A DNA stretch of 64,000 nt from an uncultured virus (IMG/VR IMGVR_UViG_3300021473_000001) (lineage: Duplodnaviria > Heunggongvirae > Uroviricota > Caudoviricetes): the IMG/VR virus record IMGVR_UViG_3300021473_000001; one strand, given 5' to 3'. A model generated the notes under the pieces. It worked only from the letters and a program-made list of their open reading frames with translations. It ran no database searches and was not told the origin of the DNA. The position numbers were made by a program, and so were the translations under genes. Below, one piece after another: positions 33,985-43,526 of the stretch; position 1 is the stretch's first letter; each line of letters starts with the position of its first letter.

Positions 33985-36900
33985 ATGGCTGAACAGGAAC
34001 AAGGTAATATAAAACAAGAGTATAATAATGCTACAGTTGGTCTTAACATGGACCAAACTCCTAATCAAATTAAGAAAGGGAGTCTCACATATGCGTTAAA
34101 TGCTGCTGTTGAAAATTTTGATGCTAACGCTGTTAACTATCAAAATGAAGAAGGTAATGAATTTTGTCTTTCATTTCCTAAAGATCTTGTATTAATTGGT
34201 GAACATTTTATTCAAGAGAAAGACAAGCATATTTTCTTTTTAACTAATCCCTATACAGGAGCTAGTCAGATTGGATATATGGATCATAATGATTGTGGCT
34301 ATCATGTTTTAGTAAATGCACCATGTCTCAATTTTAATATTAACTATCCTATTCAAAAGTGTGTTCACAAGATTACAAATTGTGGTACAGAGATATATTG
34401 GACAGATGCACTTAATCCTAGAAGATATCTGGACATTGATGATATTCCTAAAATACTAAAATCAGGAAGTCCTTTTTGTAATCCTGAATTTACAGATGAT
34501 GTAGATTGTAATCAATTGAAGATTCAACCTAATTTCTCTATTCCTTCACTTTTAGTTTCTAATATTGTGTCTGGTGGTAATCTAATCTCTGGAACATATC
34601 AATTTGCTATACAATATTGTGATGGTCAGAGTAATCCATATACATCATACTATTCAATTACAAATCCTACACCTATTGTAGACATTCATATTACTTCCGT
34701 AAATTTTAACTATCCTGTTGGAAAGTCTATTATAATTGATGTAACTAATCTAGATGGTACAGGACAATTTCAATACTTTAATCTTGCTGTTCTTAAAACT
34801 ATTAATGGGATTACTTCTGTAGAACTAGTTGGTACATATTATATTGATGCCATCTCACAACAAATTACCTACACAGGACAAGATGTTAGTACTATCAAGT
34901 TAGCAATCAATGATATCTTTGAAAAGTATCCATATTATGATATTGCTGGAGATGTAACTACTGCTCAAGATATTCTTATTTGGGATGACCTTATTTCTAT
35001 CGACAGGATCAACTATCAACAAATTGCAAGTCAGATTACTCTACAATGGGAAACATGGAGAATCCCAGCTACAGAAAGTTATGCTAATGAAGAAAATGCT
35101 ACAAATCTTAGAGGATATCTTAGAGATGAAATCTATCCTTTTGAAATAGTCTTTTTACTTAAGAATGGAAAACAGACAGATGGATTTCATATTCCTGGAA
35201 GAATCAAAGGTCTTAATGAAATGCTACCTGATGTTCCTGATACAAATTCTGATTTTATTGGAAATCCTGATTATATTAGTGGAGGAGTAGGATATTCTCC
35301 ATATTGGAAAATATATAATACAGCATCTACTATAGGTTATTCACCAACTTATACAAATTCTGCTAGTTATAAAGGACCCTATCAAACTGGTGAATTTGCA
35401 TATTGGGAATCAACAGAAGAATATCCTTGTAATATAGAATTATGGGGAGATCTTGCTGGTCAAAAGATTAGACATCATAAATTTCCTGATGTACTTGTTA
35501 GTCCTATTTTTGAGACAAAAACATTCGTATCTGCTAGTACTATGACTATGGGAAATGATGCAATGTTTCCCATTGGTGTACATGTTGACGCTACTCAAAT
35601 TATCAGACTCATCCAAATGTCATCCTTAACAGATGATCAGAAGGATCAGATTGTAGAGTTTAAAATTGTAAGAGGGGATAGAGGAACCAATAAATCTATT
35701 GTAGCAAAAGGTATTTTAAGAAATGTTGGAGAATATGAAAGAGATCAACAGAAGTATTATTATCCTAACTATCCATACAATGATCTTAGAGAAGATCCTT
35801 TCTTGACAAAGACAAACAATGCATATACTCAACTCTGCAATGTATACAATGTACAACCTACACTACTTGTAACAGATCCTTTAGGTGGTCCTAACTATTT
35901 GGATTATCAATACATGGATTGTAATACAAACATCCAAGGTGTAAAACGACTTACATCTATTGATACTATTGAAATTTGTTCAACATCTGCTCCTGTTATA
36001 TTAAGTCCAGCTACTGGTATAGTAGGACTTGCTAATTATGATATATGGAGAATTAATAATAGTAGTGTTTTTGGAAATGTTACTGTAGGATGGGAAGATC
36101 CTATTATAGGATACACAACATATGAACTTTGTTCTACTGGAATAGGATGTAATAAGAATTTAACAATTAATGTTGTTAGAGGTACTTATCCTCAACGGGT
36201 AGCAGGAGCAGCAACTTTTGATTCTTCATTTATTAGTGCAGTTAATTCTTCTATTAATTGTGGAACAGCTTCTCAACAGCCTGCAGTATCTGATAAACTT
36301 AGACAAATTTTTAATTCTCCAGAGACTTCCTTTGGACAACCTTTTCTAGGAGATATTCTTAAATTAGAAAGTGTTATATATGGATCTGGTAGAGCTCACT
36401 TTACAGAGGTTAAAGATAATGCTAGATATAGACTTATCACAGAAGATGCTCAAAGAAAAGCTCTTGATAGTTCTAATACCATAGGTAATCTAACAAGTCC
36501 ATTTGATGGTACTGCTATGTTTACTACTTATCAAGCATATCTTCAGATATATATCAATGGTATTACCAGACGAAACTTTGCATATTCATTTAATTCAATA
36601 GCTGATTATAATTACAATTCAAGTATTCAAAATAATATTGGAGTAAAACAAAGAACTCTTGATATAGCAAGATACTTAATCCCAGGAGTGCAGAATGTAG
36701 GAGATATTCATGATATTAATAATTACAATCGTGAAAGTTCTATATTCTTAAAAACAGTAAAGGATACTCCTTTTCCAAGTGATAGTCCTAGTATTAATTC
36801 CTCAGGAATTCCTATAGTTACAGACTATTCCAGATTTACTATATCTGAAATAGGTAAATGTAGTATTCCAGGAAATGATACAGATATTAATGTCATCTCC

Positions 36901-39171
36901 TATTATGCTTCTATCAAGAATCAGATAGTTAATCAATGGGGACAGATCTATTCATATAACACTATTGATACAGGGTTTCAAAAACTCTTAGCTAATTCAG
37001 GAGGAGGTACAGTATTTGGTGGTGATACATTTATTGGAAGATTTACATTTAAAACTAAACTTCCATTCTTTATTGGCAATAGAGTTAATGCAGCTGATGA
37101 TAGTGATATATTTTATGATGAGATTGGTAATATTGCCTATCCAAAATATTGGCACTCAGCTAGGTCTATTCAAAAGGATTATATGTCAAATGGTGGACTA
37201 TTATCAAATATCATTTCATACAAAGCTCACAATTTTGATTGCCCTAATAATCTTATAGCTCAACCTATAACTAGTACATCTACCAGTACAAGTTCTACAA
37301 CAAGTACTACATCTACAATATTATCAGGAGAAACTACAAACAGTAATACATTGATGTACTACGATGGATATTTCTATATGTTTGCATATGGTATTCCAAG
37401 TTTCTATTGTGAGAGTTCTTATAATCTTGATCTTCGTCAGGCATTCAATAATAGAGAAGGTGAATTCTGGCCACATGTAAGTTCTGGTATTCCTGATAAT
37501 TGGGTACAAGAAACATTTGTTCCAATTGTTCAGGATAATACATATTACTATAATACTACTTTCTCCAAACAAAATAAAGAGAATATATTTACACATCTTC
37601 CTGTAGATTGGAACCAACCTTGTCATACATATTATCCATTTAGAGCTGTCTATTCTGATCATCAGGAAGGAAACGCTGATTTGAAAGTTAATGCCTGGTT
37701 GTCTTACAGAGCTACTTCTTTATATGACTTTCCACAAAACTTTGGAAAACTTACATCTTTAGATGGAATACAGAATAGAGCTATTCTGGCAAGATTTGAA
37801 AACAAGACATTATTATATGATAACTTGTTAACAATCGATACTAGTAATCCACAAGCTGCATATGTAGGAAATCCAAGATTATTTGAGAATCCTCCTATTG
37901 ATTTTGCTGAAACAGACCTTGGATATATTGGAGCTCAACATAAAATGTTATTAAAGATTCCACAGGGACAGATAACATTAGATGCTAAGAGAGGTCAGAT
38001 CTTTTTAATTGCTGGTAGAGAAGCTGTAGATCTTGCTGGATTTGGATCAGGAATGAATAGATTCTTTACAGACCACCTAGCGTTTGAAATCCTAAGGTAT
38101 TATCCAGAAGTGGATGTTGACAACAACTTTACTGGTGTAGGTCTTCATGGGGTCTACGATTCAAAATATGACAGGGTTATTATTACTAAGTTAGATTATA
38201 TTCCCCATCCTGAATATGCCAGTAGTATTAAGTATAATGCTATAACACGTATTTTCTATTTGGAGGAAAATGTTATAAATTTTGTAAGAAAGACTCCTGT
38301 AGAATTAACAGATGGTACATATTTCTGTAATAAGAGTTGGACACTTTCATATAATATGAATACTAAGAGTTGGATCTCATTTCACTCTTATATTCCTAAT
38401 TGGTATATAGCTGAGAATAATTTCTTCTATTCTGGTCTTAATAATTGTTGTGATGATTTTGAATTTGAATTCATTACAGGAATTCCTGTTCCTAATACCA
38501 CTACAACAACGACAACAACAACGAGTACTTCTACTACCACTTCTACTTCTACGTCTACATCTACTTCTACTACCACATCTACTAGTACTAGTACAACAAG
38601 TAGTACTACTACCACAACTACAACTATATATTGTAATGTAGAAGCATCTAAAGAGTTTCAGAAGGATGATTGTATTCCACCAGAAATTGGTAGTCTATAT
38701 ACTTATACCATTCCACCATGTATATATACATCAATTACTTCTCAGGCAGATGCAGATGCTCTAGCTTGGATAGATATTGCTACAAATGGTCAGAGTCGTG
38801 CAAATTCTTTTGGATACTGTTATACTACTACTACTACTACTACAAGTACTTCAACTAGTACATCTACCTCAACATCAACTAGTACAAGTACCTCAACATC
38901 AACAAGTACCTCAACATCAACAAGTACCTCAACATCAACTAGTACATCTACCTCAACATCAACTAGTACAAGTACCTCAACATCAACAAGTACCTCAACA
39001 TCAACAAGTACCTCAACATCAACAAGTACCTCAACATCAACAAGTACCTCAACATCAACTAGTACATCTACCTCAACATCAACCAGTACAAGTACCTCAA
39101 CATCAACCAGTACAAGTACTACAACATCTATACCAATGTGTGAAATAATTGGTGTAGCAGATGAGATCTAA
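33985..39171 (+). CDS. tail stabilisation/muzzle protein (N-terminal part) with TS tethers, DUF5977-like domain and C-terminal Cys tag
   Basis: GLNMD...ALNA, IYWTD..NPRR..D, IRHHKFPD, FGGDTFI, SWTLSY......WISFHSY.P; FQKDDC...GS...YTS..SQADAD...NGQ..AN..G.C. Confidence 0.82.
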   Translation: MAEQEQGNIKQEYNNATVGLNMDQTPNQIKKGSLTYALNAAVENFDANAVNYQNEEGNEFCLSFPKDLVLIGEHFIQEKDKHIFFLTNPYTGASQIGYMDHNDCGYHVLVNAPCLNFNINYPIQKCVHKITNCGTEIYWTDALNPRRYLDIDDIPKILKSGSPFCNPEFTDDVDCNQLKIQPNFSIPSLLVSNIVSGGNLISGTYQFAIQYCDGQSNPYTSYYSITNPTPIVDIHITSVNFNYPVGKSIIIDVTNLDGTGQFQYFNLAVLKTINGITSVELVGTYYIDAISQQITYTGQDVSTIKLAINDIFEKYPYYDIAGDVTTAQDILIWDDLISIDRINYQQIASQITLQWETWRIPATESYANEENATNLRGYLRDEIYPFEIVFLLKNGKQTDGFHIPGRIKGLNEMLPDVPDTNSDFIGNPDYISGGVGYSPYWKIYNTASTIGYSPTYTNSASYKGPYQTGEFAYWESTEEYPCNIELWGDLAGQKIRHHKFPDVLVSPIFETKTFVSASTMTMGNDAMFPIGVHVDATQIIRLIQMSSLTDDQKDQIVEFKIVRGDRGTNKSIVAKGILRNVGEYERDQQKYYYPNYPYNDLREDPFLTKTNNAYTQLCNVYNVQPTLLVTDPLGGPNYLDYQYMDCNTNIQGVKRLTSIDTIEICSTSAPVILSPATGIVGLANYDIWRINNSSVFGNVTVGWEDPIIGYTTYELCSTGIGCNKNLTINVVRGTYPQRVAGAATFDSSFISAVNSSINCGTASQQPAVSDKLRQIFNSPETSFGQPFLGDILKLESVIYGSGRAHFTEVKDNARYRLITEDAQRKALDSSNTIGNLTSPFDGTAMFTTYQAYLQIYINGITRRNFAYSFNSIADYNYNSSIQNNIGVKQRTLDIARYLIPGVQNVGDIHDINNYNRESSIFLKTVKDTPFPSDSPSINSSGIPIVTDYSRFTISEIGKCSIPGNDTDINVISYYASIKNQIVNQWGQIYSYNTIDTGFQKLLANSGGGTVFGGDTFIGRFTFKTKLPFFIGNRVNAADDSDIFYDEIGNIAYPKYWHSARSIQKDYMSNGGLLSNIISYKAHNFDCPNNLIAQPITSTSTSTSSTTSTTSTILSGETTNSNTLMYYDGYFYMFAYGIPSFYCESSYNLDLRQAFNNREGEFWPHVSSGIPDNWVQETFVPIVQDNTYYYNTTFSKQNKENIFTHLPVDWNQPCHTYYPFRAVYSDHQEGNADLKVNAWLSYRATSLYDFPQNFGKLTSLDGIQNRAILARFENKTLLYDNLLTIDTSNPQAAYVGNPRLFENPPIDFAETDLGYIGAQHKMLLKIPQGQITLDAKRGQIFLIAGREAVDLAGFGSGMNRFFTDHLAFEILRYYPEVDVDNNFTGVGLHGVYDSKYDRVIITKLDYIPHPEYASSIKYNAITRIFYLEENVINFVRKTPVELTDGTYFCNKSWTLSYNMNTKSWISFHSYIPNWYIAENNFFYSGLNNCCDDFEFEFITGIPVPNTTTTTTTTTSTSTTTSTSTSTSTSTTTSTSTSTTSSTTTTTTTIYCNVEASKEFQKDDCIPPEIGSLYTYTIPPCIYTSITSQADADALAWIDIATNGQSRANSFGYCYTTTTTTTSTSTSTSTSTSTSTSTSTSTSTSTSTSTSTSTSTSTSTSTSTSTSTSTSTSTSTSTSTSTSTSTSTSTSTSTSTSTSTSTSTSTSTSTSTSTTTSIPMCEIIGVADEI
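38824..39129 (+). repeat. (Thr-Ser)n tract with near-perfect 18/24-bp DNA tandem units
   Basis: ACCTCAACATCA joined by ACAAGT or ACTAGTACA(TCT/AGT). Confidence 0.95.
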
Positions 39172-39182
39172 ATTAATATGAT

Positions 39183-40046
39183 ATGTCAAAGACGATAATT
39201 ATAAAGCTTACAAAAGCAAGTACTAAAGTTGGTCCTTTCACAATAAATGATGAATGGGGAATTATCATAGCTACTGATGTATCTATACACACTCTTATTC
39301 AAGGTATAAGTTATGAGGTAAACGATAATGTTGAATTAATTACATTAACTTCTACAGGAGATTGTAAGACAGTAAAAACAATGAGTATTACTACAATATC
39401 TCCTTTAGAAATGGTTAACACACCATTTGTATCAACTAGAACAGCTTGTCTGTGGAGGCATTTAGTTAGTAACTCTTTTAATTCTTATTATGGTGTCATT
39501 GCTCCTTATATCATTGAATATCCTATCTCCACTTTACCCAATACAGAGATCCTTCAGAACATCAAAAGTTATGATAAAGTATGGAAATATATACCTGATA
39601 CGACAGGGGTATTTTCTTATACCAGCAAGGTTCTCATTGATAATCAATACTTTAATAAATTAATAATTTATAATAGTCAACAATGTACAGGACTATTAGA
39701 ATTGGTTCCCAAACCAAAAAATAACTTGCAGGCGTACAATGCATATCCTATCTATAAAGCTAATAGCAAGGTTATTATATACACAAAAAGCGATGATTTC
39801 TATCAACTGAATAATTTTGTAGATGCAGTAAAAGACAGAAGTGTTCCAATTGCCATAACCAGTTGTGAGAGCCTTTCCTACGATGGAATATTAAACCAGG
39901 CAAATATGCAATATGGAAACAGAAGTTTTGTAAAAAGTCCTCTTAGAGCGAAAGATTGTAAAATAAGATGGACTCTTGACAACGATAGTTCGATTCACAT
40001 TGTATCTCAACTTATTATAACTTCAAGTCAAATTAGTTATAAATAA
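39183..40046 (+). CDS. N-terminal Cys domain + probable C-terminal part of the muzzle/stabilisation protein
   Basis: LWRH...YYG...PYIIE, FNK.IIYN.QQCTG.L.L after a domain similar to the 30261 N-terminus. Confidence 0.72.
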   Translation: MSKTIIIKLTKASTKVGPFTINDEWGIIIATDVSIHTLIQGISYEVNDNVELITLTSTGDCKTVKTMSITTISPLEMVNTPFVSTRTACLWRHLVSNSFNSYYGVIAPYIIEYPISTLPNTEILQNIKSYDKVWKYIPDTTGVFSYTSKVLIDNQYFNKLIIYNSQQCTGLLELVPKPKNNLQAYNAYPIYKANSKVIIYTKSDDFYQLNNFVDAVKDRSVPIAITSCESLSYDGILNQANMQYGNRSFVKSPLRAKDCKIRWTLDNDSSIHIVSQLIITSSQISYK

Positions 40047-40100
40047 ATTAGATAATTATAAGAAAAAAACGTATATTTATAGATTTAAATTTATAAATAT

Positions 40101-40760
40101 ATGAAAACAAGGATCGCTTATGTAGAAGGTAGTAAAATTGGGGAATGTTTATTTATTAAGGACATAGAACCTCAAATTTATTTTAGTAAGAGTAAAGAAA
40201 GATATTTATATAGAAGACAGGGATTGTTTAAATGTGTATGTGGAAAAGAGTTTAAGGCAGTTATATGTAGTTTAAAGAATAGAAATACTAAATCTTGTGG
40301 ATGCTACATGCGATGGAAAACAGGGCAACAAGGACTTAAGAATACAACACATGGTTTACATAAACATCCCTTGTATTATATCTGGTGTGCAATGTTGCAC
40401 AGATGTAATAATGTAAAAAATAAACATTATAAAGATTATGGAGAACGAGGAATCAAATTGTGTGAAAGATGGTGTGATATTAATAATTTTATTGAAGATA
40501 TGTATTTAACATACAGTCCAGGGCTAGAAATAGATAGAATAGATAATGCTGGAAATTATGAACTATCTAATTGTAGATGGATAACAAGAAAAGAAAATTG
40601 TAACAATAGAAGAAGTAATCGAATAATCGAATATAAAGGAGTAATAAAAAATATGAAACAGTGGTCAGAATCTTTAAATATTCCATACAATATATTAATG
40701 TATAGATTAAATAATTGGGGTGTTGAAAAGACATTCACTTCTCAAATATCATACAAATGA
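40101..40760 (+). CDS. HNH-type homing endonuclease
   Basis: C.CG, KSCGC, W..M..RC, YG.RGI..C.RW, EIDRIDN.GNY...NCRW. Confidence 0.88.
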   Translation: MKTRIAYVEGSKIGECLFIKDIEPQIYFSKSKERYLYRRQGLFKCVCGKEFKAVICSLKNRNTKSCGCYMRWKTGQQGLKNTTHGLHKHPLYYIWCAMLHRCNNVKNKHYKDYGERGIKLCERWCDINNFIEDMYLTYSPGLEIDRIDNAGNYELSNCRWITRKENCNNRRSNRIIEYKGVIKNMKQWSESLNIPYNILMYRLNNWGVEKTFTSQISYK

Positions 40761-43525
40761 AAGGTTGGTTAGATGCTTATGAAGAGTCTCCAAAGATTCT
40801 TCAAGAGAGTTACAATAATATTGGGGTAGCCAATAGTACTATTGGATTAAACACTAACGAAAGTCCTGCAATAATAAATAATTTAAACAAGTGGCTTACA
40901 ACAACTCCACAAGGTCAAGAATATTTTGCAATGCACGATGCTGGTTTAAATCCTAAAAAACAATCAATAAAACAAACACTTGACGATTTAGATGTTTCTG
41001 ATTACACCAAATCTGAAATGGTTAAAAGAGTTACTGCTAATAAAACTAACATAACTGACTCTACTAAGTTATTAAAATTAATAAACTTAAATCAGTTAGG
41101 AGGTAACCCAAATTATGAAAATATAGATAAAGAATGGGTTCATGAATCCCCAATAGCAATGGCAGATAAATCTTCAAAAAAGATTGGTGCAGAGAGAGGG
41201 CTTACCCCTATTGAAATACGTAAGTTAAGGGATCAGAAGTTTAAAGAAATACAGAACTCTTCCTATGGAAAAAAATTTAGAACACAAGGTGTATCTAATA
41301 GAGAATATTTTAACCCAATGCTTAATGAAATAGGTTTACATGAACAAGATAGTAAAAGGGGGGCTGGGTTAAATAAGATTCCTCCAGATATAAGTGAGTA
41401 TAGCCATGCTTATAGAAATAAACAAGAAGGTTCTGAGATTATTTCTGGGATATCTAGTTGGATTAAACATCCATATTTTACAGCCAAAGGACAACAGGAA
41501 ACATATAACATCCCTGGACAAATGGAGTATGACACACACAAAGCTGTTGCTCCAATTCTTAATGATTATTTTCAAGGGAATATACCAATAGATAAAATAA
41601 AATTAGCAATAGATTCAAAAAGAAAAGAATTAAGTAAACTTAATTCTGGTGGTAAGATGCATGAGCATCAACCAAACTTCAATAACTCCTCTGTGTCTAT
41701 TCCTAAGGATTTTGTAGGACAAGGATACAATACAAAGGGTAGGAATTGGTCTCCTGCATGGGGGGGCCAGTTTGAAAATGGTGGTAGTATGCCTCAAGAT
41801 AGTATTAAAGAATCTATCTTTAATAAATATCCTGCATTAAAGAATTTAGGAGATGTTACAATAAAACCAGATACTACATTTACAAGAGAAAAAACTGGTG
41901 TAGGAGATATTGAATACTTTTCTCCAGAACAAGATTCAATTAGATATGATAATTATACTGTAGGACATCCTAAACTAGGTACTCATGGTATTATATATAA
42001 TCCAAAAGATAATAATGAACAGAGTATCATGTTAGATATGCTTCATGGAATGAAAAATTCTGATTCTACTTATTCTAAATTACGAGAAAATGTAGCAAAT
42101 GCATATAAAAATAGTGATTTCAATAATGAATTTGAACATGATTATAAAACTGGTGCAGGAGATGCTGGAAGTAAAGATGGAAAAGATCAAGCATGGAGTA
42201 ACTGGGTTGATGGTCAGATAAGAGGATTACTATTTAAAGGTACCCCTGAAGAATTTGAAAAATCACGTTACTGGCCAGATGCAAGAAAAACATATCTACA
42301 AGATCCTAAAATAAAAGAATCATTTGGTAAACTAGAAAACTATATAAATACTGGTAAATCTACAATGCAGATGGGTGGTAGTATGCCAGGATCTGTAGGA
42401 TTCACATACGCACGTACAGGATCAACACCATCTGAAGGAAAACATGCAAAGAAGACAATGCCTTCTGCTCAAGGTGGGGAACAAATTCAACCACAAATTC
42501 TACAGAATTTTGAAGAATTCAGAAACTCTCCAGAAGGTAAATTCCAATTTGAGAACATGGAACGTAATAGAATTGCTAAGAAGAGTTCTGGAAGAGTTGA
42601 TTATTCTGATATTGATCCTATAACAGATATTGCTCTTCCTCTTGCAGGAATTGCTGGTACAGTAGGAAAACAGGCAATTAAACAAGGAGCAAAAAAAATA
42701 GGGAAATATCTTACAGAAGAGACAGCTTTAAAGAATACTTATAAAATAAATCCTTTAGCGTTTAAAGCAAATCCTGAAGCATATTATAGAATGCTTGGAG
42801 AAAAAGGATATGATGATGCATTGCAAAGTGGTGTAATTAAATCTAAAAAACCACATGCTTATCCAGAACCTTATTTTGGTAAAGGTAGAATATTAGATGG
42901 TGATTATTCTACACCTGGTAGTGGGGGAAGAAACCCTCAAACAGGAGAAAAATATGTATCTAAAGGATATGGGGGTCCATATATGGTGGAGTCAAAAGCA
43001 AAAATGAAAGGTGTAGGAAGTACAGCAAACGATAAAGATTTAATGATTGCTACCCCTAACGAATCTTTAGATATGTTAAACCCAAATTATACTTTTTATA
43101 AACAAAATTGGTTACAAGGATATAAAGAAATTCCTAAACAAGAGAATGGTGGAGAAATTCCTATAGCACAGAATGGACAAGAAATGTCATTCTATCAAGA
43201 GGGACTAGATTGGTTGCCTAGAAGTATGCAATTAGGAGGAATAGTTCAAGATAATAATGGCTATTGGAATCCTGATAATTGGGGAAATCCTGTAGAGATA
43301 GATAGCCCATATATTACCATGAAAGGGGTTAATCAACCTCTTCTAGGAGTATCTGATACTGGAGACAAGAAAATGATGCTTCCAGGAAAAGACTATAAAT
43401 TTAAGGGTAAAAAGGTACAAGAATTCCCTGTGTCAAAAAATGGAAATCAATTACAAAAATTGGATCAACTTACTAATTTTAATAACTTTGGTCAATCTTC
43501 TAAATGGCTAGAAAAATATAAATAA
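40757..43525 (+). CDS. virion cargo-type polyprotein with xxGG-delimited variable domains
   Basis: Repeated GG motifs (NQLGG, LNSGG, FENGG, MQMGG, AQGG, QENGG, MQLGG); WL(D/E).Y at both ends; position between muzzle and RNAP. Confidence 0.7.
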   Translation: MKGWLDAYEESPKILQESYNNIGVANSTIGLNTNESPAIINNLNKWLTTTPQGQEYFAMHDAGLNPKKQSIKQTLDDLDVSDYTKSEMVKRVTANKTNITDSTKLLKLINLNQLGGNPNYENIDKEWVHESPIAMADKSSKKIGAERGLTPIEIRKLRDQKFKEIQNSSYGKKFRTQGVSNREYFNPMLNEIGLHEQDSKRGAGLNKIPPDISEYSHAYRNKQEGSEIISGISSWIKHPYFTAKGQQETYNIPGQMEYDTHKAVAPILNDYFQGNIPIDKIKLAIDSKRKELSKLNSGGKMHEHQPNFNNSSVSIPKDFVGQGYNTKGRNWSPAWGGQFENGGSMPQDSIKESIFNKYPALKNLGDVTIKPDTTFTREKTGVGDIEYFSPEQDSIRYDNYTVGHPKLGTHGIIYNPKDNNEQSIMLDMLHGMKNSDSTYSKLRENVANAYKNSDFNNEFEHDYKTGAGDAGSKDGKDQAWSNWVDGQIRGLLFKGTPEEFEKSRYWPDARKTYLQDPKIKESFGKLENYINTGKSTMQMGGSMPGSVGFTYARTGSTPSEGKHAKKTMPSAQGGEQIQPQILQNFEEFRNSPEGKFQFENMERNRIAKKSSGRVDYSDIDPITDIALPLAGIAGTVGKQAIKQGAKKIGKYLTEETALKNTYKINPLAFKANPEAYYRMLGEKGYDDALQSGVIKSKKPHAYPEPYFGKGRILDGDYSTPGSGGRNPQTGEKYVSKGYGGPYMVESKAKMKGVGSTANDKDLMIATPNESLDMLNPNYTFYKQNWLQGYKEIPKQENGGEIPIAQNGQEMSFYQEGLDWLPRSMQLGGIVQDNNGYWNPDNWGNPVEIDSPYITMKGVNQPLLGVSDTGDKKMMLPGKDYKFKGKKVQEFPVSKNGNQLQKLDQLTNFNNFGQSSKWLEKYK

Positions 43526-43526
43526 C

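Noticed and set aside
38850..39115. CRISPR array
   Set aside because: Units are contiguous coding repeats with no unique spacers.
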